Assembly (NCBI GenBank): GCA_002269645.1
Contig: NIVC01003019.1
Span: 60,947 to 124,946, forward strand
DNA from: Macrostomum lignano
Lineage: Eukaryota
Direction: 5' to 3'
Length of the DNA: 64,000 nucleotides
Shown here piece by piece: positions 1 to 12,400 of this stretch. A program made the translations under genes and the position numbers. The notes below the pieces were generated by a model. That model did no database searches and was not told where the DNA came from. It was given only the letters and a program-made list of their open reading frames with translations. The stretch's first letter is position 1. Each line of letters starts with the position of its first letter.

Positions 1-125
1 TCTCTCTCCCTCGCTGCCTTCTGATTGGCTCTCAGTTCTCGCCTCTTTCCTCGGTTGCGGACTCCACCCCACCCCCTGTCTTATCTTACACCCCCTCCAG
101 TATATTTGAATAAATATACCCGTTT
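1..125. repeat. Dispersed repeat fragment (CT-rich, CCAAT-box-like), related to 12780-12925
   Basis: The segments 'cttctgattggctc', 'cctctttcctc(g/a)gt(t/c)gcg' and 'ctccac..caccccc..cttatc' recur in the same order at ~12810-12890. Confidence 0.5.
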
Positions 126-408
126 AGGCCCTGCGCTTCGCTATCGTTTTTTTCCGAAGCCTCTCCAAGGCCAATCTTTAAAACCGTACCGTTTCTCCGA
201 GAAGACCGCTCGAGGATATCGATTCCTTCAAGAGTTTATGAAGAAACTTAGTGCGAGGGCCGGTCTAAGCAAGGTCTACACTAATCACTGTATTAGGTAA
301 GTAAATTTCTTTTCCGATATGGTATATAAATAGTATATAAATAGTATATTTATAAATAATAGTTTTAACTAGTTCATGTAAAATTACTTTCCTTTGATTC
401 TCCCACAG

Positions 409-706
409 AGTCACTAGAGTGTGCGATCTAGACGCCGCTGGCCATTCGCTGCAAGACATAATGCTTATTACCGGTCAGAAATGTGAGAAGACGGTCAAAA
501 GGTATTTAACCAGGTGCCGGGACCGCAGTCTGTTCAGGAGTTCCAAGGCAGTGAACTGTGCACTAAGCCGGCATATTCCAAGCACAAGCACAATGCCGTC
601 CAATGAGGCGTCTTTCTCTGCTAATGCGAGCGGCTCTATCAGTTCTACTGTCTGCACGCAAGTGATGACGGATCACCAGTTGCAATGCCACCCCACAATC
701 AATTGA
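409..706 (+). pseudogene. Tyrosine-recombinase C-terminal exon, Crypton-like remnant
   Basis: Acceptor tcccacag|A at 408/409 is followed by (R)VTRVCDLDAAGHSLQDIMLITGQKCEKTVKRY. This matches the YR box II pattern R..T...L..AG.S...IM..TG[H]K......Y, with the His read as Gln. No upstream exon was found. Confidence 0.55.
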
Positions 707-1424
707 CGAGCCGGTTCCTCGGCCAGTTCATATCGAGGCCTGTACGTCCGACCAAGAATATGCGTGTTTGCATTGACGGCAACAACAATTTTATTAACAC
801 TGTGTTTGAGTAGGGCGTATCTATCAAAAATACTAATTCTTCGAGAGAAACTATGGCTTTAGACTTTTCCCCCTCATTTTCATGCTATAAGTAGTTGTTG
901 TTTATAATTTACAATTATAAACCGGATAAATAAAAAATTAATCATCTAATAATTAATTTTTGTGTCATCTAAAAACTCGTTAAACTAATGTTTTTTTCTA
1001 TGGACAATAGCACGCATCCCGCGTGCGTGTTAATGGGTAGCGAAATGCTTGTCAATGTCGCTTAAAGTGCGCCAGGGTGCACACAACCCCCTGCCTCTAA
1101 TAAAAAAATAATAAACTAATACTATATTCGTGAACTAGTTACAATTATTAAACAGTAACTTGCATATTATAAGCACAACAAATTTTTTTTCTCAAATTAT
1201 ATGCAGCCTCTCAAATTTCTTTCTGAAAAATAAAAAAATCTGAGCAAACATCACATAATTATCTTGGCGATGAGTTTTCTTTCCTAAGCTAGTTTGCTAT
1301 TGAAAGCAAAGAGAAATGTTTGTACGCTCAAGGAAATTTGATATATAGTAGGTCAAAGTTATTGATAGGACCTAGAATTTCTCTTGTAAAATTGTTGAAT
1401 ACAAACCCTGGTTTGTATTCTGTA

Positions 1425-4228
1425 AATGTCTCTAATTCTGGTGTGTGAATGTCTCTAATTCTGGTGTGTGAATGTCTCTAATTCTGGTGTGTGAATGTCT
1501 CTAATTCGGGTGTGTGACCATCTCTAATTCGGGTGTGTGACCGTCTCTAATTCTGGTGTGTGAATGTCTCTAATTCTGGTGTGTGAATGTCTCTAATTCG
1601 GGTGTGTGACCATCTCTAATTCGGGTGTGTGACCGTCTCTAATTCGGGTGTGTGAATGTCTCTAATTCGGGTGTGTGACCGTCTCTAATTCTGGTGTGTG
1701 ACCGTCTCTAATTCGGGTGTGTGAATGTCTCTAATTCGGGTGTGTGACCATCTCTAATTCGGGTGTGTGACCGTCTCTAATTCGGGTGTGTGAATGTCTC
1801 TAATTCTGGTGTGTGAATGTCTCTAATTCAGGTGTGTGAATGTCTCTAATTCGGGTGTGTGAATGTCTCTAATTCTGGTGTGTGAATGTCTCTAATTCTG
1901 GTGTGTGAATGTCTCTAATTCGGGTGTGTGAATGTCTCTAATTCGGGTGTGTGAATGTCTCTAATTCTGGTGTGTGAATGTCTCTAATTCTGGTGTGTGA
2001 ATGTCTCTAATTCTGGTGTGTGAATGTCTCTAATTCTGGTGTGTGAATGTCTCTAATTCGGGTGTGTGAATGTCTCTAATTCGGGTGTGTGAATGTCTCT
2101 AATTCTGGTGTGTGAATGTCTCTAATTCAGGTGTGTGACCGTCTCTAATTCGGGTGTGTGAATGTCTCTAATTCTGGTGTGTGACCGTCTCTAATTCGGG
2201 TGTGTGACCGTCTCTAATTCGGGTGTGTGAATGTCTCTAATTCTGGTGTGTGAATGTCTCTAATTCGGGTGTGTGAATGTCTCTAATTCAGGTGTGTGAA
2301 TGTCTCTAATTCAGGTGTGTGACCGTCTCTAATTCGGGTGTGTGAATGTCTCTAATTCTGGTGTGTGACCGTCTCTAATTCTGGTGTGTGAATGTCTCTA
2401 ATTCTGGTATGTGAATGTCTCTAATTCTGGTGTGTGAATGTCTCTAATTCGGGTGAGTGAATGTCTCTAATTCTGGTGTGTAAATGTCTCTAATTCTGGT
2501 GTGTGAATGTCTCTAATTCTGGTGTGTGAATGTCTCTAATTCGGGTGAGTGAATGTCTCTAATTCTGGTGTGTGAATGTCTCTAATTCTGGTGTGTGAAT
2601 GTCTCTAATTCTGGTGTGTGAATGTCTCTAATTCTGGTGTGTGAATGTCTCTAATTCGGGTGTGTGAATGTCTAATTCTGGTGTGTGAATGTCTCTAATT
2701 CGGGTGTGTGAATGTCTCTAATTCTGGTGTGTGAATGTCTCTAATTCAGGTGTGTGACCGTCTCTAATTCGGGTGTGTAAATGTCTCTAATTCGGGTGAG
2801 TGAATGTCTCTAATTCTGGTGTGTGAATGTCTCTAATTCGGGTGTGTGAATGTCTCTAATTCGGGTGTGTGAATGTCTCTAATTCAGGTGTGTGACCGTC
2901 TCTAATTCGGGTGTGTGAATGTCTCTAATTCTGGTGTGTGAATGTCTCTAATTCAGGTGTGTGACCGTCTCTAATTCTGGTGTGTGAATGTCTCTAATTC
3001 AGGTGTGTGACCGTCTCTAATTCTGGTGTGTGAATGTCTCTAATTCAGGTGTGTGACCGTCTCTAATTCGGGTTTGTGACCGTCTCTAATTCGAGTTTGT
3101 GACCGTCTCTAATTCTGGTTTGTGACCGTCTCTAATTCGAGTTTGTGACCGTCTCTAATTCGAGTTTGTGACCGTCTCTAATTCTGGTTTGTGACCGTCT
3201 CTAATTCTGGTTTGTGACCGTCTCTAATTCGAGTTTGTGACCGTCTCTAATTCGGGTTTGTGACCGTCTCTAATTCGAGTTTGTGACCGTCTCTAATTCT
3301 GGTTTGTGACCGTCTCTAATTCGGGTGTGTAAATGAATTTAATTCAACTGTGTGAATGTCTAATTCTGGTGTGTGAATGTCTCTGATTTGGGTGTGTGAA
3401 TGTCTCTAATTCTGGTGTGTGAATGTCTCTAATTCTGGTGTGTGAATGTCTCTAATTCAGGTGTGTGACCGTCTCTAATTCGGGTGTGTGAATGTCTCTA
3501 ATTCTGGTGTGTGACCGTCTCTAATTCGGGTTTGTGACCGTCTCTAATTCGGGTTTGTGACCGTCTCTAATTCGAGTTTGTGACCGTCTCTAATTCTGGT
3601 TTGTGACCGTCTCTAATTCGGGTGTGTAAATGAATTTAATTCAACTGTGTGAATGTCTAATTCTGGTGTGTGAATGTCTCTGATTTGGGTGTGTGAATGT
3701 CTCTAATTCTGGTGTGTGAATGTCTCTAATTCGGGTGTGTGAATGCCTCATATTCGGGTTTGTGACCGCCTCTAATTCTGGTGTGTGAATGTCTCTAATT
3801 CGGGTGTGTGAATGTCTTTAATTCGGGTGTGTGAATGTCTCTAATTCGGGTGTGTGAATGTCTCTAATTCGGGTGTGTAAATGAATTTAATTCAACTGTG
3901 TGAATGTCTAATTCGGGTGTGTGAATGTCTCTAATTCGGGTGTGTGAATGTCTCTAATTCGGGTGTGTAACCGTCTCTAACTCAAGTTTTTGATCGTCTC
4001 TATTTCGGGTTTGTGACCGTCTCTAATTCGGGTGTGTGAATGTCTCTAATTCGGGTGTGTGAATGTCTCTAATTCGGGTATGTGAATGTCTCTAATTCGG
4101 GTGTGTGAATGCCTCTAATTCGGGTGTGTAAATGTCTCTAATTCGGATGTGGGAATGTCTTTAATTCGGGTGTGTGAATGCCTCTAATTCAAGTTTGTGA
4201 ATGTTTCTAATTTGGGTGTGTGAATAGC
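1425..4228 (+). repeat. 23-bp minisatellite array (GTGTGTGAATGTCTCTAATTC[G/T]G)
   Basis: Directly visible tandem units with variant blocks (gtgacc, gagtttgtg). The array ends in gtgtgtgaatagcgc. Confidence 0.97.
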
Positions 4229-4664
4229 GCAAGAACTTCACACTGAGAGCGCTCTCAGAACGGAATCAACTGCAGTATTTTCTGCTAACAGAAACCGAGT
4301 GGCAAAAGTGCAGTCACAATTAACACTAGTCACTAACCAAGTCCCACCCTGAGGGCAGCAGATCACGGGATCACGGGTTGCACCTGGTTGAGACTGTTCT
4401 CAGCACCCGAACTGAGCAGGCTATGACTTTCGGAGGCACAATACTGAGCAGCAGATGCTGATTACGCACGAATGTGCAACGAAGGGAGAAGAGGATTTTT
4501 TCAACACCTGATCGGAATTTTTGTATACATGAGGGGGGTGGTTAGGGTTTGGGGGTTCGATAGGAAGCCAGTGCTGCTTGGATACTCTCTGGGGACTTCA
4601 GAGGGAACAGATTCCTTCACGAGTAGAGTCACACTGTCTTACTAGCACCTCCAGACACTCGAGT

Positions 4665-5905
4665 AGTCAGAGAGTGATAGAGAGTGACAGTGTGACAGAG
4701 AGAGTGACAGTGAGAGAGTGACAGTAAGAGCGACAGTGAGAGAGTGACAGTGAGAGAATGACAGTGAGAGAGTGACAGTGAGAGAATGACAGTGAGAAAG
4801 TGACAGTGAGAGAATGACAGTGAGAGAGTGGCATTTAGAGAGTGACAGTGAGAGAGTGGCATTTAGAGAGTGACAGTGAGAGAGTGACAGTAAGAGAGTG
4901 ACCATGAGAGAGTGACAATGAGAGAGTGACCGTGAGAGAGTGACAATGAGAGAGTGACAGTGAGAGAGTGACAGTGAGAGAGTGACAGTGAGAGAGTGAC
5001 AGTGAGAGAGTGACAGTGAGAGAGTGACAGTGAGAGAGTGGCATTTAGAGAGTGACAGTGAGAGAGTGACAGTGAGAGAGTGACAGTGAGAGTGACAGTG
5101 AGAGTGACAGTGAGAGAGTGACAGTGAGAGAGTGACAGTGAGAGAGTGGCATTTAGAGAGTGACAGTGAGAGAGTGACAGTGAGAGAGTGACAGTGAGAG
5201 AGTGACAGTGAGAGAGTGACAATGAGAGAGTGACAGTGAGAGTGACAGTGAGATTGAGTGACAGTGAGAGAGTGGCATTTAGAGAGTGACAGTGAGAGAG
5301 TGACAGTGAGAGAGTGACAATGATTGAGTGACAGTTAGAGAGTGACGGTGAGAGTGACAGTGAGAGAGTGACAATGAGAGAGTGACAGTGAGAGAGTGAC
5401 AGTGAGAGAGTGGCATTTAGAGAGTGACAGTGAGAGAGTGACAGTGAGAGAGTGACAGTGAGAGAGTGACAGTGAGAGAGTGACAGTGAGAGAGTGGCAT
5501 TTAGAGAGTGACAGTGAGAGAGTGACAGTGAGAGAGTGACAATGAGAGAGTGACAGTTAGAGAGTGACGGTGAGAGTGACAGTGAGAGAGTGACAATGAG
5601 AGAGTGACAGTTAGAGAGTGACGGTGAGAGTGACAGTGAGAGAGTGACAATGAGAGAGTGACAGTTAGAGAGTGACGGTGAGAGTGACAGTGAGAGAGTG
5701 ACAATGAGAGAGTGACAGTTAGAGAGTGACGGTGAGAGTGACAGTGAGAGAGTGACAATGAGAGAGTGACAGTTAGAGAGTGACAGTGAGATTGAGTGAC
5801 AGTGAGAGAGTGGCATTTAGAGAGTGACAGTTAGAGAGTGACGTTGAGAGTGACAGTTAGAGAGTGACGGTGAGAGTGACAGTTAGAGAGTGACAGTGAG
5901 AGAGT
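4665..5905 (+). repeat. 14-bp minisatellite (GTGACAGTGAGAGA)
   Basis: Directly visible tandem units. The overlapping ORFs are repeat artefacts. Confidence 0.95.
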
Positions 5906-6384
5906 TACGCATCCGAAGTTAGCGAAAACGTGAATTTTTGGTCCAATTTTTTAGCTTCCATATTGACGCAGCGCCGGATCTCAGTAATCCGAACCAGAGT
6001 CATTTAAGTTCCTAATTCGGCTGTTCTTCTGGCCGTCCTGTCACTCTCAACGCCTTCCTTTCCTTATGGCAACGGGATACTTTTGATTCTTTGCTGCTCT
6101 TTGAAGCCAAGTCTTTGGAAAGCTGATAACAGGTGCCAGTAAAGCAAATCAGGGGGGAGGGGGGGCATTTCTAGCAAAATTAATTAGTTTGTTGCCGGAA
6201 GGAGATGCGAGCTAGAAAGCAGGAGAAAGATGAAAGAACGTGTTATACTATAGGGACTTGAGGTGAAATTGATTGAAGTGAAAATTCAACTACAGTTCAG
6301 GCAGAGGGCCAAGTGAGAGACAGGCGAATGAGCTGTGATAAGAAATGAGCAGGGAATGGAACTCAGAGAGAGGGGGGGAAAGGA

Positions 6385-6852
6385 GGGTGAAGAAGAAAGG
6401 AGGGGGAGAGTAGAAGAGGGAGAGTAGAAGAGGGAGAGGAGAAGAGGGAGAAAAGAGGAGAAGAGGGAGGGAGAGGAGAAGAGGGAGGGAGAGGAGAAGA
6501 GGGAGAGGAGAAGAAGGAGGGAGAGGAGAAGAGGGAGGGAGAGGAGAAGAGGGAGAGGAGAAGAGGGAGGGAGAGGAGAGGAGGGAGGGAGAGGAGAAGA
6601 GGGAGAGGAGAAGAAGGAGGGAGAGGAGAAGAGGGAGGGAGAGGAGAAGAGGGAGAGGAGAAGAGGGACGGAGAGGAGAGGAGGGAGGGAGAGGAGAAGA
6701 GGGAGAGGAGAAGAGGGAGGGAGAGGAGAAGAGGGAGGGAGAGGAGAAGAGGGAGGGAGAGTAGAAGAGGGAGGGAGAGTAGAAGAGGGAGGGAGAGGAG
6801 AAGAGGGAGGGAGAGGAGAAGAGGGAGGGAGAGGAGAAGAGGGAGAGGAGAG
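6385..6852 (+). repeat. GA-rich 14/18-bp tandem repeat (GAGGGA[GGGA]GAGGAGAA)
   Basis: Directly visible purine-only array. Confidence 0.92.
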
Positions 6853-7469
6853 GTCAGGTGGATATGATGAGGAGGAGCTAAAAGAGAAAGGCTAAGCCAA
6901 AATAGCAGTAAAGATAAGCGAGATTAAGATCGACTTAAAAGGTCGCCGCCAAATGTGCGATGAGCACTCGCTCAAACGAGTGCAGCTCCCCCGCGGCGCC
7001 TGAAGTGTCCGTAAGCATGTCGAAGCACTGGGGGGGGGGGTGTCAAGCAGTCATTGATTGACAGCCTAAAATTAGCAGCCACCGCTCCAAGAGCTAAACT
7101 GCTTCGTGCCCCGACTAACTTTAATCTCGATCGGTGTATAACTATTGAGTAATCGACCAGGGGCCGGAGCCTGATCTCCTACTCAAGCCCTAGAAACCGA
7201 TAAAGCCCAAACTGCATACACAGCGCAGTAGAGTAGTATGGTATGATAAACGTTATGTAATAAACATTATATTTTCAAGGCTCTCTGTTAGTGATAATCT
7301 GGATTAAGTGATGACTTAAAAAGCTGATTAAGTCATTCATCTGCAACAGTTTCCTTCAAAGCCTTTAATAACATATAGCGGTAGCCGTTATACACAGAAG
7401 ATATTTTTGCGACTTGAGTTTATCGATTTTAATTCCTTCCAATCCCTTCCAACCTACTATCTCTTCTTG

Positions 7470-8110
7470 CTCCCCTATCCTCTCCCTCCCGTCCTCTCTC
7501 TTGTCCTCTCCCTCCTGTCCTCTCCCTCCTGTCCTCTCCCTCCTGTCCTCTCCCTCCTGTCCTCTTTCCCATTCTCTCTCTCTCCTGTCCTCTCCCTCCT
7601 GTCCTCTCCCTCCTGTCCTCTCCCTCCTGTCCTCTCCCTCCTGTCCTCTCCCTCCTGTCCTCTTTCCCATTCTCTCTCTCTCCTGTCCTCTCCCTCCTGT
7701 CCTCTTTCCCATTCTCTCTCTCTCCTGTCTTCTCTCCTGTCCTCTCCTTCCCGTCCTCAGTCCTGTCCTCTCCTTCCCGTCCTCTCTCTCCCATTCTCTC
7801 TCTCTCCTGTCCTCTCCCTCCTGTCCTCTCCCTCCTGTCCTCTCCCTCCTGTCCTCTCCCTCCTGTCCTCTCCCTCCTGTCCTCTCCCTCCCGTCCTCTC
7901 TCCTGTCCTCTCCCTCCTGTCCTCTCCCTCCTGTCCTCTCTCTCCCATTCTCTCTCTCTCCTGTCCTCTCCCTCCTGTCCTCTCCCTCCTGTCCTCTCCC
8001 TCCTGTCCTCTCCCTCCTGTCCTCTCCCTCCTGTCCTCTCCCTCCCGTCCTCCCTCCTGTCCTCTCCCTCCTGTCCTCTCCCTCCTGTCCTCTCCCTCCT
8101 GTCCTCTCCC
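7470..8110 (+). repeat. CT-rich 14-bp tandem repeat (TCCTGTCCTCTCCC)
   Basis: Directly visible tandem units. Confidence 0.93.
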
Positions 8111-8734
8111 GCACCCCAACTTATATTCTTGCAGTTTTTTCGAAAACGTTAAAAAACAATACGAAGACAACAGAAGTATTATTATCATGATTGATATCTT
8201 CGCTATTTTTTTATAAATTACAAAACTATAGTAATAATAACTATGGTTATTAATAGTAATAACATTAAAAAATTCGGCCTTTTGAATACAAAGCATGCAC
8301 AGTGCATTTGTGCAACCGCGATCGGGTGGCTGAATATAGATAATAAAAATAGCGAAAGCTGTTTAATCTATTTTAGCATATACGGGGTTTAAACGGAGAA
8401 TTCAATTTTAAATGAGAGAATTTAAAAGCAAAAAAGGATGTGCAAATGATCGTAACAATAATAATGTACACTGCAGCACTGCTAAAGGGTAATGTAAAGT
8501 TTCATAGAATCTAATGAAAGTCTACTGATTAATTTGGAAATTAAAAACGATACGGTTTTTTTAAAGAAATTTTAAAAGCCGCGCATGAAGAGCTGAACAC
8601 TGGGCGGTTCAAAAAATAAAAATTACGAGCTAAGAATCTTAAAGTTACAGAAGGTAAATAAATAAAATTCACGAACGTTACACTGGCCAACTGCCTGCAA
8701 ATTACACGCAAATCCACAACATTCACACAATAGA

Positions 8735-9455
8735 GTTGGCGCCATTCACACACTCGAATTAGGGACATTCACACACCCGGTTGAGGGACATTCAAACAGC
8801 CGAATTAGAGGCATTCAAGCACCCGAATTAGAGGCATTCATACACCCGAATTAGAGGCATTCATACACCCGAATTAGAGGCATTCACACACCCGAATTAG
8901 AGGCATTCATACACCCGAATTAGAGGCATTCATACACCCGAATTAGAGGCATTCATACACCCGAATTAGATGCATTCATACACCCGAATTAGAGGCATTC
9001 ACACACCCGAATTAGAGGCATTCACACACCCGAATTAGAGGCATTCACACACCCGAATTAGAAAATTTCACGCACCTGATTTAGGGACATTCACACATCC
9101 GAATTAGAGGCATTCACACATCCGAATTAGAGGCATTCACATATCTGAATGAGAGGCATTCACAGATCTCAAGTAGGGACATTCACACACCCGATTGAGG
9201 AACATTCGCACCTAAATTAAATATATTCACACACTCGAGTTAGGGACATTCACACACTCGAATTAGGGATATTCACACACTCGAATTAGGGGCATTCACT
9301 TACCCGAATTAGGGACATTCACATACCCGAATTAGGGACATTCACATACCCGATTGAGGGACATTCACAGACCTAAGTTAAAGATATTCTTACACTCGAG
9401 TTAGCGAAATTCACACACTCAACTTAAAGACATTCACACACCAAAATTGGAGAAA
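8735..9455 (-). repeat. 23-bp minisatellite of the 1425-4228 family, inverted orientation
   Basis: The unit CATTCACACACCCGAATTAGAGG is the reverse complement of the 1.4-4.2 kb unit with one substitution. The array starts with gcgccattcacacac. Confidence 0.93.
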
Positions 9456-9483
9456 TTCACACATTGAAAATGGCACCCCCTGT

Positions 9484-12400
9484 TCATAAATACCGAAGAA
9501 AGCCGAAGAAAGTCACGGCTTTGGGCAACAATTTCCGAGTCCCTATTTCGCAGGTGTCTTTAGAACTTTGTCTCGGATTCGAAGCCGGCATTGTCCAGTC
9601 CTGGTTGGCTGTCAATGCCGTCCAGGTTGCCGTCAATGCCGTCCAGGTTGCCAGAGTCTTCGGGCAGCCCGAATTTCGGAGCCGGCTTTCCAGATTTCCC
9701 ATTATTGGCTGGTGAGCTCCCATTGGAGTGGTGACACCGGACTCGGCCAGGGTGGGCAAGCTCATCACCTTGGGTAGTGGCAGAGTAGGTTGAGATTGCC
9801 TATTGTTAATCGCTAACTGGATTAAGGCTACCTGATCTCTCCGGCTTTACCTGATCTCTCCGGTTCTACTTGATCTCTCAGGTTCTACCTGATATCTCTC
9901 TTTCCAACTATCCGATTCTGTGCTTAGCAAACTCCTCATCTACAGTTCTTCCCTTCGCAATCAATTTCTCACCTGCTGCAAAGACCGCATAGAAGTCGGG
10001 CCCGACTGCATGTCGGCGTTTGAATTCCGTCGCCAGCTCTCGTTACGAATTCGGCGACGCCTGTCGCGAGCCAATTCCGCCGCAGACTGCTTCGTCTTGC
10101 TGCCGTGCAGGTGGCCGCTGCTAGGGGCGCTGGGAACGACGAGGTCAAAAGAATTGGGGTTTCAGAAAGAGGAGTTTGAGGCGCCTTATGTAGTTTCTGA
10201 GATGGCGGATCGATGAGGTGGCGAGTTGATGGGGTGGCGGGTCGATGAGGTGGCGGGTCGATGTTGTAGTGTGTTGATGGAGTGGCGGGTCGATGGAGTG
10301 ACGGGTTGAAATTTTGGTGGGCTTTGCTCACCAATACGCATGTAATCAATAAGCAATAGCACTTACGCTTCAGCAGAAGCGCCTTCTCCTGTAGAAGCAG
10401 CCGCACTGCCATCCTCAGGATGCAGCTCATGATGGTGTTCATCTTCCTCTTCGTGCAGCTTGGCCTCATCCTGAGAGCAAAGAAGCAGTCAATTTTTAAC
10501 TCGTACGTATCTCTTAACTCTAGTCAGTTTATCTTACTTACCTGCAAGAGCTCGTTGTAGAATGAGGACAGGGCGTGAATGACGGCGTCGTGAACGGTCA
10601 CAAAGAAGCCCTCCTCACTTCGCTTGTCGTAGAAGCTCGCTTTCCTGAGCTGAGACCTCACCAACCAAGTGCAGCCGCTCAGGTAAATTTCAACTCCGAT
10701 TTTGCTGAAATCGTCGACAATTTGAGACAGCAGGCGGATGCCCACAGCGTCAGTGAACGCGCAGGCGGACATGTCCAGAATGATGCAGAAGACGTTCACT
10801 GTGGACGCCGTCTCCTCATTCTCGGAGTGATAGGCCACCGATTCGAAGTGAGCATGCTTCTCGTGCACTGGCAACGCTAATTGGGCTCCGAGGCGGGCTT
10901 CAGCCACCTGAATACGAAGATTTGCGTTGTTCATTAGAGAGCTGGCTTGCCGCTGCATCCTCCTGAGACTGCTTTGACACTCCATTTCACTTTGGCACTC
11001 ACCGAGTGGCTGCCCTCTTCGGCCACGACTTCGAGTATCCGCCGAACTCCCTCGGCCTGCAGCATGTCAGTCCTCAGGTCGACCTCTCCGTGACCCCGAC
11101 CTTCCCGTTTGGCTCTGGTCTTCGCCTTGGCTAAAATCCGTTTCGGGTTCATAGCCACCTGGCGGTAGAGTCTGTTGCGGTAGTTTTCTGCGCTGGCAAA
11201 GTACAGGGAGCCGTCGAATTTGAAGATCTTCAGGCCGGGTATTTGCTCGGCCTGGAGTTGAAAAGAGGAGAATCGAGTGGGACTTGTCACTAATTGATGC
11301 TTTGAATTCGGCAGTCTCTGACGTCAATAACGGAGATCTCGGTCAATTACAACCTGCGATCTTGATCAAAGACTTACCTTCTTATGCTTCTTAATATTTC
11401 TGTAGATATCCGTGTTAGGCAATCGGCCAAGCAGATAAGCCTTGGGCGCCTGAGTCCTGAAGATGACGGTGGCCAGCGAGAAGACGACTCCGATGAGCAG
11501 GCCGATGGGCAGGTCGAGGCCGAGAATGCCAGCCAGCGTCACCAGAAATATCGTCTGAAAAACCCATTTACTTCTGAGTTACCATGCAACGTGTACATAG
11601 TGAGCATTTATTCAGGCGATAAGGGTCAAGCGTGAACTAACAAAGTCGTATCGGTTAGTTCGCCACAGTCTGGGCAGCTGCTCCACCTGTAGGATCATGT
11701 TCTTCAAATTCACAATAATGATGGCGGATAGAACGCACTGAAATGAAGGTTTAAATTAAAAATTTGTCATAGATTTCGGAATTCAGTGCACCCTATGAAC
11801 GTAGGGATAGCTGGCTACTTCAGTTATTTCACCTTGGGCACGGGCGAGAACTCCGGAGCGAACACCAGAATGCCAATCAAGGTGATGCTAATCGCGTACA
11901 AAGAGTAGACCTGAGTTTTGCCTTTCAGCGACTCGTGCAGGGAGGTGCAGGCAATTGAGGAGGCGGATACGAAGGTGCCAAACCAGCACATTCCGAAGTT
12001 TACAGCGCCGTAAGCGATCATCTCCTGGTTGGGATCGATTTCGTAGCCGTTGCGAAGGGCGAATGTCTTGGCGACGGAAACGGACATTGAGTAGGAGATT
12101 ATGCCCAATACAATGCCGTTGAGTATGATGCCTGAACCCGTGGTAAAGTGCTCCTGCAGCGGCGCTTTTGGGGGCTCGAATCTGCGGTTGGAAAGTAGCA
12201 AAGTGCGACGGGATAAAGAAGGAAAAAGTGGTAAGCTTATGGAGTGGTAAGTAGTTAAGCCTGACACCTGAGCACACACAAGATACGCTGGAATGGGCAG
12301 GTTAACGCACACACAGGTTGTGTACATTTGCCTGACATTTCTTACAAGACACAGGCCCTTATTCCATGAGTGAACCCCAAATTAAAATGGGGCCAAGTAG

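Noticed and set aside
180-260. Possible Penelope-type hammerhead ribozyme near gagaagaccgctcgagg
   Set aside because: The conserved CUGANGA and GAAA core is not present.
1425-4228. CRISPR-like regular repeats
   Set aside because: The units are contiguous with no unique spacers, there are no cas genes, and the context is eukaryotic. These are ordinary minisatellites, and the same applies to all other arrays.
4629-8296. Long ORFs (up to 317 aa) on both strands
   Set aside because: They are translations of 14-bp tandem repeats that lack stop codons and have no protein-like complexity.
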